This document shows positions 1 through 10,313 of a stretch of DNA of 64,000 bases, in pieces. Position numbers and translations under genes: made by a program. Positions within the stretch are counted from its first letter, which is position 1; every line of letters begins with the position of its first letter. A model generated the notes under the pieces. The model saw only the letters and a program-made list of their open reading frames with translations. It did not search any database and was not told where the DNA came from. Source of the stretch: an uncultured Verrucomicrobiae bacterium (GTDB lineage: Bacteria; Verrucomicrobiota; Verrucomicrobiia; Chthoniobacterales; JAATET01); assembly GCA_963719495.1 (NCBI GenBank), contig CAVRCI010000013.1, positions 96,001 to 160,000 of the forward strand. Direction: 5' to 3'.

Positions 1-35
1 TCAATCCTCTGCTCTACCAACTGAGCTATTCAGCC
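1..35 (-). tRNA. 5' half of a tRNA, probably tRNA-Phe(GAA), truncated by the window edge
   Basis: Reverse complement reads GGCTGAA-TA-GCTC-AGTTGGTA-GAGC-A-GAGGA-TT-GA: acceptor arm, D-arm and anticodon stem. The anticodon begins GA; its third base is outside the window. Confidence 0.85.
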
Positions 36-93
36 GTTACCGGGACGCGAAGAATAATTCCGCCACGGTCAATTGCAAGCGCAATGCTCGCAA

Positions 94-1782
94 TCAGGGA
101 GTCGGCGGCGTCGCCATCATCTGACTGTAAACACCGGCCCCGACGCCGAGCCCAAGCAGGACGCTGGTCTGCGAAATCGTGATCGGGCCGGAACTTTCCA
201 TCAGCCAGCCGCCCTCGACCTGCCGCTGGACGTAGGTGATCGGGCGAAGATACTGCGCGATCGCTTCGGTCTCGGGCAATTTGCTCACGTCGACCTTCTC
301 GGCGATGTCCGGCGACATGGCGGCGGCGAAGGTGACGACGGGGCGAAGCTGATTGTAGAGCCGCTCGAAGACGACCTTGGCGTCGATGTAGCCGAAGCCC
401 TGCGCCGGGGTGTCGTAGGCGGCTTTCGCTTTCGCGAAGCCGGGGGCGTCGGCCAGCGTCCTGGCTTCCGGATCGGGCTGGAGGGCTCTGGCCAGATCGG
501 CGCTCGTGAGGGCGGCGAAGAGGTATTCGTCGCTGATCGCCACGACGGGGTCGACGAGCTGGATCGGCAGGGCGGGGAACGCCAGAACGCGGGCACCAGC
601 GAGCTCGCTGCTGGTGAGTTCCAATCCCGCGCCCGAAGCGGCGCGGTCGACGACGGTCTCGATTTCGGCGCGGTTCTCGATGTCCATCGCCGCGAGGACG
701 CTTGGGAACATCGCGTTGGGTGCCCAGTTGACGACGATCGTGGTGTCGCCGCCGAACCAGCTGGCGAGCTGACCGAGATCGATTTCGTTGGCGGTCAGAA
801 ATTCACGGAGTTCCTCGGGCAGCGAAGCGGCGTAGTCCGGCGAACGGATCGCCGACCAGTCCTGAATCGCCTCGAAGAAGATGGACGTGTCGGGCGTCGT
901 GAAGGCCATGCCGTCGTGTTGGAGCGTCGGGTATTTCGTTTCCAGCCCCGGTGCCAGGACGAAAAGGGTCTCGTTCTGATCGAGTCCGTCGAAGGTGAGC
1001 GTCCCGCCGATGGCCTCGATCTGACGAATCTGTTCCGTCTCGAATCCAGTTGTCTGGGCACCCATTTCGCCGCCCATTTTGACCAACTCGTCGACGAGCG
1101 GCTGGACCCGCACGAACCAGAGGAATTCCGGGGCTTCCGAGAGGCGGTCGGCGACCGCGTCGAAGTCTTCGTTGCCGGCGAGGGTCGCTTCCTTCGAGCG
1201 GCCGGCGGCCCGGTCGAGCGCGCCGTGCAAAGCCGCCTCCGTCGAAGCCAGGAAGCCCCAGCCGCCGTGCGACGCGCTGTAGAGCGTGCCATTCGGCGCG
1301 GTGACCGCGGTGATCTCGTCGCCCTGGTAGTCGCTCGTGGCCTCGGTCGCGACGGGGAAAAAATTCTTCACCTCGGCGTGCAGCCGGTCCATCGCGTCGT
1401 CGACGTCGGCCTGGCTGCCGCCAAATTCGAAGCCGAGCAGAAGTTCGAGCGAACCCGTGTCGATCGCCGGGACCGCCACGAACAGACTCCGCGGGTCGAC
1501 TTTTGCCAGAATCTCGGACGCCTCGGAGCCGCCCTCGCCCTCCAGCATCGCCAGCGGTTTTTCCAGGAACGCGCGGACGGCCTCATCGTTGCCGATCTTC
1601 GCGAGGGCGGTCTCGCGCCATCGCTCGCCCGAGCGGTCCACGTCGGGGAGCGACGCGTAGAAGACGGTGCCGTCCGGCACGAGGCGGGTGCCGTCGACGG
1701 CGGACGATTCGCGGGACAGATACCACGCACCAGCCCCAACGACGACGGCCAGGAGAACGACAAGAGGAAGAGCCTTTTTCAT
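94..1782 (-). CDS. Membrane-anchored hypothetical protein (DUF3352-like architecture)
   Basis: 562 aa ORF with N-terminal hydrophobic anchor, host-like codon use and a C-terminal hydrophobic segment. Confidence 0.6.
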   Translation of the reverse strand: MKKALPLVVLLAVVVGAGAWYLSRESSAVDGTRLVPDGTVFYASLPDVDRSGERWRETALAKIGNDEAVRAFLEKPLAMLEGEGGSEASEILAKVDPRSLFVAVPAIDTGSLELLLGFEFGGSQADVDDAMDRLHAEVKNFFPVATEATSDYQGDEITAVTAPNGTLYSASHGGWGFLASTEAALHGALDRAAGRSKEATLAGNEDFDAVADRLSEAPEFLWFVRVQPLVDELVKMGGEMGAQTTGFETEQIRQIEAIGGTLTFDGLDQNETLFVLAPGLETKYPTLQHDGMAFTTPDTSIFFEAIQDWSAIRSPDYAASLPEELREFLTANEIDLGQLASWFGGDTTIVVNWAPNAMFPSVLAAMDIENRAEIETVVDRAASGAGLELTSSELAGARVLAFPALPIQLVDPVVAISDEYLFAALTSADLARALQPDPEARTLADAPGFAKAKAAYDTPAQGFGYIDAKVVFERLYNQLRPVVTFAAAMSPDIAEKVDVSKLPETEAIAQYLRPITYVQRQVEGGWLMESSGPITISQTSVLLGLGVGAGVYSQMMATPPTP

Positions 1783-1869
1783 GTCGCGGAACTGTCCGGC
1801 GGCATTTCCACCGTGTCGAGCAACAATCGATTGCGACCGGACCCCAACTCCGATACGTAAGTTGAGAGT

Positions 1870-2124
1870 ATGAAAAAATCAGACCTTGAAGAATACGTGA
1901 AGCCGGTGACAGACAGCGTGACCGCGGACAACCTTCGTTTGGTTTCCGACGTCTGCCTCTACCTCGGCTTCGTCTCCATCCTCGCCTCGATCATCACCTG
2001 GTTCACGGCCTCGCGCGAGAACCGGGCCTACGGTGAGCGCTTCGGCATCTTCATCGGCCTCTGGGTCCCGAGCTTCTTCATTCTGTCGAACCGGCTCTCC
2101 CGCAAGGCCGACGAGATCAGCTAG
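1870..2124 (+). CDS. Small two-helix membrane protein
   Basis: 84 aa with two hydrophobic segments and an FIGLWVPSFF motif; preceded by GAGAG. Confidence 0.75.
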   Translation: MKKSDLEEYVKPVTDSVTADNLRLVSDVCLYLGFVSILASIITWFTASRENRAYGERFGIFIGLWVPSFFILSNRLSRKADEIS

Positions 2125-2200
2125 CCGGCCCGCGGGCCGACGGTTCGCGCGAAGGTCATTTGAATTTCGAGATGGGCGCGCTTCGGTGCGCCCACTTTCG

Positions 2201-3355
2201 TTACGTCGACTCGCTGGCGGCCGCCTTTGACGTTTCCGCCGTGCCGACTCGCTTGTCCGCTTCCCGGCGCCGGACCCACACGGTCGACGGCTGCTCGAGG
2301 TAGCGCCACGACAACGTTGCCACGCCAATCGACACGCCGCAGAGCACCAGAGCCCGCGCGAAGACGTGCGGCTTCAACCCAATCTCGTCGAGCCACGGGC
2401 CGACGAGCACGTGGACGAGGACGTGGAAGACGTAGATGCCGTAGCTGATCTTCCCGATGTAGACGAGCACCCGCGTCTCGAAAAAGCGCCCGATGATTCC
2501 CGGCCAACCCTCGATCGTTCGCAGCATCACCCAACCGAGAAAAACGTTTTCGAACGTTTCGATGAGCGCGAGGAAGGGCGAGTCAAAAGTCGAATAGCGC
2601 AGCAGCCGCGCGGCGACGTAACACGCCAGCGCCGCAACCGCGACCGCCGCCCCGGTCCCGCCGCTGGCGAGCGGGGCGCGCTCCGGCGCGGCTTTCCAGC
2701 AGGCAATCAGCGCCCCGAGGGCAAAGCTGTCGATCACGCCGGGGATCATCGTCCATTTCAGCAGATCCGAGGCTCCGCTCGCCGAAGCCCAGAATCGGAA
2801 ACCAAACGCCCCGGCGAAGAGCGCCAACATCGCCCACGGCAGGACGCGCCGCGGAATGACGAGGATCACGAACGGCCACATTAGATAAAATTGCTCCTGC
2901 ACCGAGAGCGACCAAAGGTGCGAGGCCGCTCCCGGCCACCATCCCTGCATCGTCGCGTAGAAATTCGTCAGGAAGAGCGCGTGCCACTGCCAGGCATCGC
3001 GGTATTCCGGCAACCCGATCAAGATCGCGACGACGATCATCAAATAGAGCACCGGCGCCAGCCGCACGAAGCGTCGCGCGTGGAAATCCCACAGCCCACG
3101 CCACCAGCTCGCGCCCGCCACCGAGCGCGCGTTCAGTTTCCACAGCGACAACGTGATCAAATATCCACTCAGCAGAAAAAACAGCCGCACGCCGATCGGA
3201 CCCCAATCGACCCACGCCGGCAGGTGGACGTTGAAGTGGTGGAGCAGCACCGTCAGGATCGCGATGCCGCGCAGCCCGTCGAGCTGGGGCAGGTATTTCG
3301 ACCGCTTCCCGGGCACCGCGACGTTCGGATTATCGGGATTGACGGGAACGGGCAT
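2201..3355 (-). CDS. Acyltransferase family 3 (OafA-like) membrane protein
   Basis: Motifs LDGLRGIA, GVRLFFLLSGYLI, HLWSLSVQEQFY, GKISYGIYVFH. Confidence 0.9.
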   Translation of the reverse strand: MPVPVNPDNPNVAVPGKRSKYLPQLDGLRGIAILTVLLHHFNVHLPAWVDWGPIGVRLFFLLSGYLITLSLWKLNARSVAGASWWRGLWDFHARRFVRLAPVLYLMIVVAILIGLPEYRDAWQWHALFLTNFYATMQGWWPGAASHLWSLSVQEQFYLMWPFVILVIPRRVLPWAMLALFAGAFGFRFWASASGASDLLKWTMIPGVIDSFALGALIACWKAAPERAPLASGGTGAAVAVAALACYVAARLLRYSTFDSPFLALIETFENVFLGWVMLRTIEGWPGIIGRFFETRVLVYIGKISYGIYVFHVLVHVLVGPWLDEIGLKPHVFARALVLCGVSIGVATLSWRYLEQPSTVWVRRREADKRVGTAETSKAAASEST

Positions 3356-3475
3356 GGTCGAGCGGGTAACGAGCGGAGCGGACCTTTATTCAACCCGCGC
3401 CGGCAAGCAACTTCCGATCCCGCGAATTTGAAACTGGTCCCACCCCGCGCGGTTCGACACTATCCGACACCAGCG

Positions 3476-4180
3476 ATGTTAGCGGAAATCGAAACTCTCC
3501 TCACCCTTCAGGATCGCGATCAGCGCATCCGCAATCTCAAGCTCGAGCTCGAAGCGATCCCCGGAGAAAAGACCTCGAAGGAAAAACAGATCGCCGCCTC
3601 CGCCGCCCGCCTCGACGCCGCGAAGACCCGCCTCCGCGCCATCGAACTCGAGCGCAAGAATCTCCAGCTCGAAGCCGAGACCAAGCGCGGCCAGATCGCC
3701 CGCTACAAAACCCAGCAGCTCGAGACCCGCAAGAACGAGCAATTCGCCGCCCTCGGCCACGAGATCGACACCGCCGAGCGCAACATCCGCGACATCGAGG
3801 ACCGCGAACTCGACCTCATGGAGGAGACCGAAGCCCTTCAGCCGGCCTGCGTCGAAGCCGAGCGCGCCCACGGCGAGGAGCGCACCAAGCTCGAAGCCCA
3901 GATCAGCGACCTCGAGCAGAAACGCGGCAACGTCGAAACCTCCGTCGCCGAACTTCGCGCCAGCCGCCCCACGCTCACCGACGGCATCGACGAGGAACTC
4001 CTCGAGCAATACGACCGCATTTTCAAAGGCAAAAACGGCACCGCTATCGTCGAACTCGAAAGCGGCAACTGCACCGGCTGCCACGTCAAAGTCACGACCC
4101 AGACCGTGATCTCCACCAAAGCCGCCAAGGAAATCGTCCACTGCCCGAACTGCAGCCGGATGCTCTACATGACCATTTAG
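3476..4180 (+). CDS. Coiled-coil protein with C4-type zinc ribbon (DUF164 family)
   Basis: ATG at 3476; long coiled coil followed by CTGCH...CPNCSR. Confidence 0.88.
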   Translation: MLAEIETLLTLQDRDQRIRNLKLELEAIPGEKTSKEKQIAASAARLDAAKTRLRAIELERKNLQLEAETKRGQIARYKTQQLETRKNEQFAALGHEIDTAERNIRDIEDRELDLMEETEALQPACVEAERAHGEERTKLEAQISDLEQKRGNVETSVAELRASRPTLTDGIDEELLEQYDRIFKGKNGTAIVELESGNCTGCHVKVTTQTVISTKAAKEIVHCPNCSRMLYMTI

Positions 4181-4202
4181 CGGGCGTCTCCAGCCAACTC
4201 AG

Positions 4203-4305
4203 CCGGATGAACTCGATTGACAGGATGAACCGGATTTTCTGAAAGGAAATCCGGTTCCCCGGAAATCAAAATTCAGTAAATCCCGTAAATCCTGCCCCAT
4301 CCCGT
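4203..4305. repeat. Degenerate inverted 9-10 bp tandem repeat (ACAGGAT/ATCCTG family)
   Basis: gacaggatgaaccggatt ... aaatcccgtaaatcctgccccatcccg between convergent genes; similar to 30207 and 48521. Confidence 0.55.
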
Positions 4306-4325
4306 TTAGTTTCCGCCGGGACCGC

Positions 4326-4790
4326 TCAATCCCACACCGCGGCAACGGCGAAAGCCGCCAACGCCACGATCTCCAGCCCGACGCGCAATGTCTGCCAGCG
4401 ATCCCACTGGTGCCAGAGCGCCCGCCACGCCTTCTCGTCCGTCCCGTCCGGCAGCGCGATCACGCCGCGCAGCGCCGGCAGACTCCCCTTCACGCTCGCC
4501 GCGACCATCCCCGCCAACGCGAGCAATCCAATGAGCGGTAACCACACCTCCAGCGTCCGCGTGAACGCGACGATCCCGGTCGCCGCGACCGCCGTCAGCA
4601 CCGCGGCCACCACCAACACCGGGAGCAACCGACTCGTCCGTTTGAAAACCGCCCGCACCGCCTCCGCCCGGCTCGCTTCGGGCAAACGATACAGCGCCGG
4701 CTGCACGAAGAAGACCGACCCCAGGTCGCACCCGGCCAGTAAGCCGAGCAGAACCAAATTCACCGCCTGCACCCACGCTTCCGCCGTCAT
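4326..4790 (-). CDS. DUF1772/anthrone-oxygenase-like membrane protein
   Basis: 154 aa, four hydrophobic helices, W...W..W...R C-terminal pattern; start overlaps the cimA stop. Confidence 0.65.
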   Translation of the reverse strand: MTAEAWVQAVNLVLLGLLAGCDLGSVFFVQPALYRLPEASRAEAVRAVFKRTSRLLPVLVVAAVLTAVAATGIVAFTRTLEVWLPLIGLLALAGMVAASVKGSLPALRGVIALPDGTDEKAWRALWHQWDRWQTLRVGLEIVALAAFAVAAVWD

Positions 4791-6382
4791 TTCGTCACTC
4801 CCTCCAAGCTCAGCCGCCCCGCCTTGAGCGCGGCGTATTCGTAACTGTCCACCAGCGCCTGCCAGCTCGCCTCGATGATGTTGTCCGACACGCCGACCGT
4901 CCCCCAGGACGTCTCGCCGTCCGTCGATTCAATCAGCACGCGCGTCCGAGCCGCGGTCCCCATTTTCCCGTCCACGATTCGCACCTTGTAATCCGTGAGC
5001 GCGATTTCGTCGATCCAGCCGTAGAACGGTCGGAGCGCCTTGCGCAGCGCCGCGTCCAGCGCGTTCACCGGCCCATCGCCCTCGGCCACGGTGTATTCCG
5101 CCTCGCCGCCAACGTGCAGCTTCACCGTCGCCTCGCAAGTATTCACCGACCCACCCGCCGGCGCGTGCCGGAACGTGCAGTGGTATTCCTTCAAGTCGAA
5201 CAACGCCCGCCAAGCGCCGAGAAAACGCCGCACGAGCAGATCGAACGACCCATCCGCCGCCTCGAATTCGAACCCCTCGTTCTCCAATCGCTTGATCTCC
5301 GCCAACGTCGCCGCGACCTCCGGCGCGCCCTTCGCCAGCTCGAAGCCCAGCTCCTTCGCCTTCACCAGCACGTTCGACTGACCCGACAGATCCGACACCA
5401 CGATCGTCTGGCGATTCCCGACCGTCGAGGGCGGCACGTGCTCGTAGGTCCGCGCCAGCTTCTGAACCGCGTGCACGTGCAGACCGCCCTTGTGCGTGAA
5501 CGCCGCCGCTCCCACGTAGGGCGCGCGGATGTCGGGCGGCACGTTCGCCATTTCGTCCACGAAAACGGACAACTCCCGCAGCCGCGCCAAGTCATCCACG
5601 ACCGGGATCCCGAGCTTCAGCTGCAAATTCGGGATCACGCTCACAAGGTTGCAATTCCCCACACGCTCGCCGTAGCCGTTGATCGTGCCCTGCACCTGCG
5701 ACGCCCCGGCGCGCACCGCCGCCAGCGCGTTCGCCACGCCCACGCCGCAATCGTTGTGCGTATGAATCCCCACCGCCGCGCCGAGGTGTGCCATCACGTC
5801 CTGAGCCACCGACCCGACGGTCTCCGGCATCGACCCTCCGTTCGTGTCGCACAGCACCACGAGATCCGCCCCGGCGTCCCGCGCCGCCCGCACGGTCGCG
5901 AGCGAGTATTCGGGATCCTCCGAGTAACTGTCGAAAAAATGCTCCGCGTCGTAGAGCACCTCGCGCCCGTGACCCTTCAAAAAACGCACCGTGTCCGCGA
6001 TCATCGCCAGATTCTCCTCCAGCGAGACGTTGAAAACCTCCGTCACGTGCAGCGGCCACGTCTTCCCCACGATCGTCACCACCGGCGTCTCCGCCTCGAG
6101 CAGCAACCGCACCTGCGGATCCTCCTCCACGGACATTTTCCCGCGCCGCGTCATCCCGAAAGCCGCGATCCTCGCGTGCTTCCAAGTCCGCGCCGCCGCC
6201 GCCTCGAAGAACGCGACGTCCCGCGGATTCGACCCCGGCCAGCCGCCTTCGATGTAGTCGAACCCAAACGCGTCGAGCCGTTCGGCGACACGAATCTTAT
6301 CCTGCACCGAAAACGAAATTCCCGTGCCCTGCGTCCCATCCCGCAAGGTCGTATCGTAAAGCGTCACTCGTTTCCCGTCCAT
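4787..6382 (-). CDS. cimA: Citramalate synthase
   Basis: YDTTLRDGTQG, IEGGWPGSNP, YDAEHFFD, HTHNDCG, GDGPVNALD, WGTVGVSDNIIEASW. Confidence 0.92.
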   Translation of the reverse strand: MDGKRVTLYDTTLRDGTQGTGISFSVQDKIRVAERLDAFGFDYIEGGWPGSNPRDVAFFEAAAARTWKHARIAAFGMTRRGKMSVEEDPQVRLLLEAETPVVTIVGKTWPLHVTEVFNVSLEENLAMIADTVRFLKGHGREVLYDAEHFFDSYSEDPEYSLATVRAARDAGADLVVLCDTNGGSMPETVGSVAQDVMAHLGAAVGIHTHNDCGVGVANALAAVRAGASQVQGTINGYGERVGNCNLVSVIPNLQLKLGIPVVDDLARLRELSVFVDEMANVPPDIRAPYVGAAAFTHKGGLHVHAVQKLARTYEHVPPSTVGNRQTIVVSDLSGQSNVLVKAKELGFELAKGAPEVAATLAEIKRLENEGFEFEAADGSFDLLVRRFLGAWRALFDLKEYHCTFRHAPAGGSVNTCEATVKLHVGGEAEYTVAEGDGPVNALDAALRKALRPFYGWIDEIALTDYKVRIVDGKMGTAARTRVLIESTDGETSWGTVGVSDNIIEASWQALVDSYEYAALKAGRLSLEGVTK

Positions 6383-6422
6383 CGAACCGACAACGCTACC
6401 CGCAACCGGCCACCCATTTCAA

Positions 6423-6445
6423 GGAGCGGCGATTTGCAATCGCCG
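6423..6445 (+). repeat. REP-like hairpin with GGAG tag
   Basis: GGAG-CGGCGATT-TGC-AATCGCCG, same layout as the GTAG REP at 49246. Confidence 0.55.
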
Positions 6446-6485
6446 AACCAACCCGATCCGGCGAAGCCGGACACTTCCCCTCACC

Positions 6486-7217
6486 TCACCGCCACGCCGC
6501 CAGATCCCACCCCATCACCCGCTCCAACTCCCCCACCTCCGGCGCGAAAACCTCCCGCAACCACTCCCGGTCCCCCGCCGCCATCTCGTCCGTATACCGC
6601 ACCTTCACCGGCTTCCGCCGCACCCGAAACCGCCGCCGCTCCACGCCCAAAAAATTCGCCACCCGGTCAAAAACCTCCGCCGGCTCGTCCCGCAGCTCCT
6701 CGCTCCGCAGCACCAGCATCTGCTCCGCCGGGAACCACCGCCGGAACCGCTCGATCTGCCCCGCGTAGCGCCCCCGATCCACGTAGGACCAGAACCGATG
6801 CTGACCCGGCCCCGCCTCCGCGCACCGCTCGTCCTCCCGCCGGATCGCCTCGCCGAAGGGCAGCGTCTCCTGCCCATTCCGCGTCGTCATTTGCCAATGC
6901 GACCACGCCCGGTCGATCGGATTCCGCAGCACCGCCAGCAGCTTCATCTGGGGGCTGTATCCCGCGATCCGCTCCGCCACCGGCTCCCAATACAAATACA
7001 CCGGCGTGTTCTCACCCACGACCTGCCCGTCACCCGGCGCAAAGTTCGCGTGATACTCCGCAAAATCCGGCGTCCCGCCCGCGAACGCCGCGTCGTGGTC
7101 GAAAAAATGCACCTCCTTCCGCTCGGCCAGGCAAAGCCCCGGGTGCTGACGCAGCATCCGATTGAGCGCCGTCGTCCCCGACTTCTGCGCCCCGATCACC
7201 AGAAAATCGACCTTCAT
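6486..7217 (-). CDS. Sulfotransferase (Sulfotransfer_1/3 family)
   Basis: Start MKVDFLVIGAQKSGTT (5'-PSB loop), KEVHFF, LRNPIDRAWS (3'-PB); ATGA overlap with allB stop. Confidence 0.9.
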   Translation of the reverse strand: MKVDFLVIGAQKSGTTALNRMLRQHPGLCLAERKEVHFFDHDAAFAGGTPDFAEYHANFAPGDGQVVGENTPVYLYWEPVAERIAGYSPQMKLLAVLRNPIDRAWSHWQMTTRNGQETLPFGEAIRREDERCAEAGPGQHRFWSYVDRGRYAGQIERFRRWFPAEQMLVLRSEELRDEPAEVFDRVANFLGVERRRFRVRRKPVKVRYTDEMAAGDREWLREVFAPEVGELERVMGWDLAAWR

Positions 7218-8569
7218 AAAAGTCGCCCGGATCGTTTCAAAAATCTCCCACGCGTCGTCACGTCCGACCCGTCGCGCCGCACCAACCGCTCCCCGCGCAG
7301 AAACGACTCGCGCAGCCGCAGCCCGAGCCTCTTCCCGACGTAGGGCGAAGTCTGGTGCCGCGTGAGCAATTCCCCCCGCGTGATCGCGCGATCCTCGCCC
7401 GACTCGACCACGATGAGATCCGCGTCGGCCCCCACCACCAGTCCCCGTTTCTCCAAACCCAACCGGCCCGCCGGAGCCGTCGTCAAAGCCCGCCAGACCT
7501 CCGGCAACCGACCGACCTCGCGCGTCAGCAGCGAATCGAGCAGCAGCAAAAATCCGTGCTGACACCCCATGATCCCGCCCCAAGCCGCGAACAGATCGTC
7601 CCCGGTCTTCATCGAAGCCGGCGCCGGCGAATGATCCGACCCGATCACATCCACCGCGCCCCCGAGCACCAGATCCCGCATCGCCCGCACCGTCGCCTTC
7701 GGCCGCAGCGGCGGCGCGCACTTGGCCATGGCCCCCTGCACCATCATTTCGTCCTGGTCCAACAGCAGGTGATGCGCGCACACCTCCATCGTCACGTCCG
7801 CCCCCGCCGCTCGCGCGTCCGCGATCCGCGCCGCCGCCTCCGGGCAACTCACGTGCACGACGTGCAGCGCGCAGCCCGTCTCCCCCGCCAGCTCCAGCGC
7901 CACCCGCACCGCCTCGACCTCCGCCGCCACCGGCCGCGAGTCCAAAAAAGCCCGCGCGTCCGTTCGCCCCGCCGCCCGCAGGATTCGCGTCTGCTCCACG
8001 ATGATCCCCGCATCCTCCGCGTGCACCGCCACCGGCAGCCCCAACCGCGCCGCCTCCCGCATCCCCCGCCGCAAAGTCGCCGCGTCAACGCCCGGAAAAT
8101 CCTCCACCCCACTGTCGATCATGAACGCCTTGAACCCCACGACACCCGCGTCCGCCAGCTCCTCCATCCGCTCCGCGTTCCCCGGAACCAACCCGCCCCA
8201 AAGCGCGAAATCCAACACCGAGTTCGCCTCCCCCGCCGCCCGCTTCGCGTCGAACGACGCGCGATCAATCGTCGGCGGCGAAGCGTTCAGCGGCATGTCG
8301 ACAAACGTCGTCCCGCCCCCCGCGGCCAACGCCCGCGACCCCGAAGCAAAACCCTCCCACTCCGTCCGCCCCGGCTCATTGAAATGCACGTGCCCATCCA
8401 GCACCCCCGCCAGCACCCACGCCCCCGTCGCGTCCACCACCTCGTCCGCATCCTCGCCCACACCCGGCCCGATCTCGACGATCCGCCCATTCCGGATCCG
8501 CACATCGGCGAACCGCACCGCGTCGTCCACCACGACCCGCCCCCCCTTGATCAAAAGCCCGTTTTGCAC
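7214..8569 (-). CDS. allB: Allantoinase
   Basis: DGHVHFNEPGRTEWEGF, DMPLNASPPT, KCAPPLR, SDHSP; GTG start at 8569 inferred. Confidence 0.9.
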   Translation of the reverse strand: MQNGLLIKGGRVVVDDAVRFADVRIRNGRIVEIGPGVGEDADEVVDATGAWVLAGVLDGHVHFNEPGRTEWEGFASGSRALAAGGGTTFVDMPLNASPPTIDRASFDAKRAAGEANSVLDFALWGGLVPGNAERMEELADAGVVGFKAFMIDSGVEDFPGVDAATLRRGMREAARLGLPVAVHAEDAGIIVEQTRILRAAGRTDARAFLDSRPVAAEVEAVRVALELAGETGCALHVVHVSCPEAAARIADARAAGADVTMEVCAHHLLLDQDEMMVQGAMAKCAPPLRPKATVRAMRDLVLGGAVDVIGSDHSPAPASMKTGDDLFAAWGGIMGCQHGFLLLLDSLLTREVGRLPEVWRALTTAPAGRLGLEKRGLVVGADADLIVVESGEDRAITRGELLTRHQTSPYVGKRLGLRLRESFLRGERLVRRDGSDVTTRGRFLKRSGRLL

Positions 8570-8691
8570 GCGGTCATCTAAATGGCAAATTCGAAATGAG
8601 GAATGAGAAATGGTCACCCGCCTCCGGCGGCGTCGTCCAAACCTCCGGCCCACCGGGGCCGCACTCCATTTCTAATTCCCCATTCCAAATT

Positions 8692-9903
8692 TCAAATTCC
8701 CCCCAAACCCCGAAGAAACGAACAAAACACCCGCAGCGCCACCGCGACGTCCTCCGTCGCGACGAATTCCTCCGGGTGATGACTCAGCCCACCCCGGCAC
8801 CGCACGAACACCATCGACGTCGGGCACCGCGTTGCCATCACCATCGCGTCGTGCCCCGCCCCGCTCCCCAGCCGCAGCACTGGATGCCCCGCCTCCCCCA
8901 CCGCCGCCTCGAACCGCGCCGTGAGATCGTCGTCGAACTCCACCGCCCGCAGCGAATCCACCACGTCCCAATCGAACCCCAACCCCCGCCGCGCGCAAAT
9001 CTCCGCCAGCCGCTCGCGCAACCCCGCGCAAGCCGTCCCCAGCTCCGCGTCCGACGCGTGCCGCACGTCCAACGAAAACACCGCCTCACCCGGGATCACG
9101 TTCCCCGCCCCCGGCCGAAATTCCATCGTCCCAATCGTCGCCACCAGCCAGGCCGTCTCCCGCGCCAACCGCTCCGCCGCCACCGCGAACTCCGCCGCCC
9201 CCACTCCCGCGTCCAACCGCACCCCCATCGGGGTCGTCCCCGCGTGCCCCGCCCGCCCCTCGAGCCGCACCGCGATCCGGTTCTGGGCGTTGATCCCCGT
9301 CACCAGCCCGACCGGCAGCCCCGCCGCCTCGAGCGCCGGCCCCTGCTCGATGTGCACCTCCACGTATCCCATCACCCGCCCCGCCGGCCACCGCGGCGCC
9401 AGATATTCCCCATTCCCAAAATCCAACAGCGCCTCGCGCAAAGACACCCCCGCCCGGTCCCGCAGCCCCAGATCGTCCTCGGTCAGCAAACCCGCCACCG
9501 CCTTGCTCCCCAGGCACCCAGCCTGAAACCGCAACCCTTCCTCGTCGCTGAACCCATACGTCTCCAGCGAAAACTCCGGCTCCCAACCCTCCGCCCGCAG
9601 CACCTCCACCGCCGCGATCGGCAGCAGCACCCCCAGAATCCCATCGAACCGCCCCGCGTTCCGCACCGTATCCAGGTGCGACCCCGTCAGCATCACCCGG
9701 TCGCCAGCCCCCTCGAAGCGCCCCACCAGATTCCCCGCCCCGTCGACCCGCGTCGACATCCCCGCCCCGCGCATCCACTCCGCCACCAGCGCGTTCGCCT
9801 CCCCCATCGCCGGCGACAAAAACGTTCGCGTCACCCCGCCCGGCTCATCCGTCAAAGCCGCCAAAGCGTCCACCCGCCCCACCAACCGCTCCGCCGCACT
9901 CAC
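8692..9903 (-). CDS. allC: Allantoate amidohydrolase (M20 Zn-hydrolase)
   Basis: GSHLDTV, GRFDGILGV, DEEGLRF, EVHIEQGP, GHAGTTPM, SGAGHDAM, SHHPEE; GTG start at 9903 inferred. Confidence 0.88.
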   Translation of the reverse strand: MSAAERLVGRVDALAALTDEPGGVTRTFLSPAMGEANALVAEWMRGAGMSTRVDGAGNLVGRFEGAGDRVMLTGSHLDTVRNAGRFDGILGVLLPIAAVEVLRAEGWEPEFSLETYGFSDEEGLRFQAGCLGSKAVAGLLTEDDLGLRDRAGVSLREALLDFGNGEYLAPRWPAGRVMGYVEVHIEQGPALEAAGLPVGLVTGINAQNRIAVRLEGRAGHAGTTPMGVRLDAGVGAAEFAVAAERLARETAWLVATIGTMEFRPGAGNVIPGEAVFSLDVRHASDAELGTACAGLRERLAEICARRGLGFDWDVVDSLRAVEFDDDLTARFEAAVGEAGHPVLRLGSGAGHDAMVMATRCPTSMVFVRCRGGLSHHPEEFVATEDVAVALRVFCSFLRGLGGI

Positions 9904-9939
9904 CCACCATTCACCATTCACCATTCACCCATCACCAGC

Positions 9940-10269
9940 TCAAGACCCGCGATACGTCGAATAACTCCACGGCGTGCAAAGCAACGGCACGTGCCACCCC
10001 GCCCCCGCGTCCCCGATCCGAAACCGCACCGGCACCACCCCCAGAAAACCCTCCGCGTCCCCAAAGTAATCCCCCACGTGAAACCGCAACTCGAACGTCC
10101 CCTCCCGCATCTCCTCCGCCGCCAGCATTGGCGACGCCGTCCGCCCATCGTCGTTGGTCACCACGTCCTTGAGCAGCCCGCCCATGTCGTCCACCAACTC
10201 GATCCGAAAACGCGCCGCCGGGCCACCCTTCACCAGATCCAACACGTGCGTCGTCAACTTCCCAGCCAT
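9940..10269 (-). CDS. uraH: 5-hydroxyisourate hydrolase (transthyretin-like)
   Basis: MAGKLTTHVLD, TNDDGR, HVPLL and C-terminal YRGS signature. Confidence 0.93.
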   Translation of the reverse strand: MAGKLTTHVLDLVKGGPAARFRIELVDDMGGLLKDVVTNDDGRTASPMLAAEEMREGTFELRFHVGDYFGDAEGFLGVVPVRFRIGDAGAGWHVPLLCTPWSYSTYRGS

Positions 10270-10313
10270 GATTCCCAGACACTTCGCGGCAACCCGCCAA
10301 CGCGCGAGAAAAT

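Noticed and set aside
1..100. tRNA-anchored integrated element
   Set aside because: The tRNA 3' end lies outside the window, and no integrase or att duplication is visible
73..1860. Long antisense or shadow ORFs (e.g. 73-1860, 5114-7165, 8596-10491, 60730-62616)
   Set aside because: They overlap well-supported genes and are Arg/Pro/Gly-rich artefacts of high GC and skew
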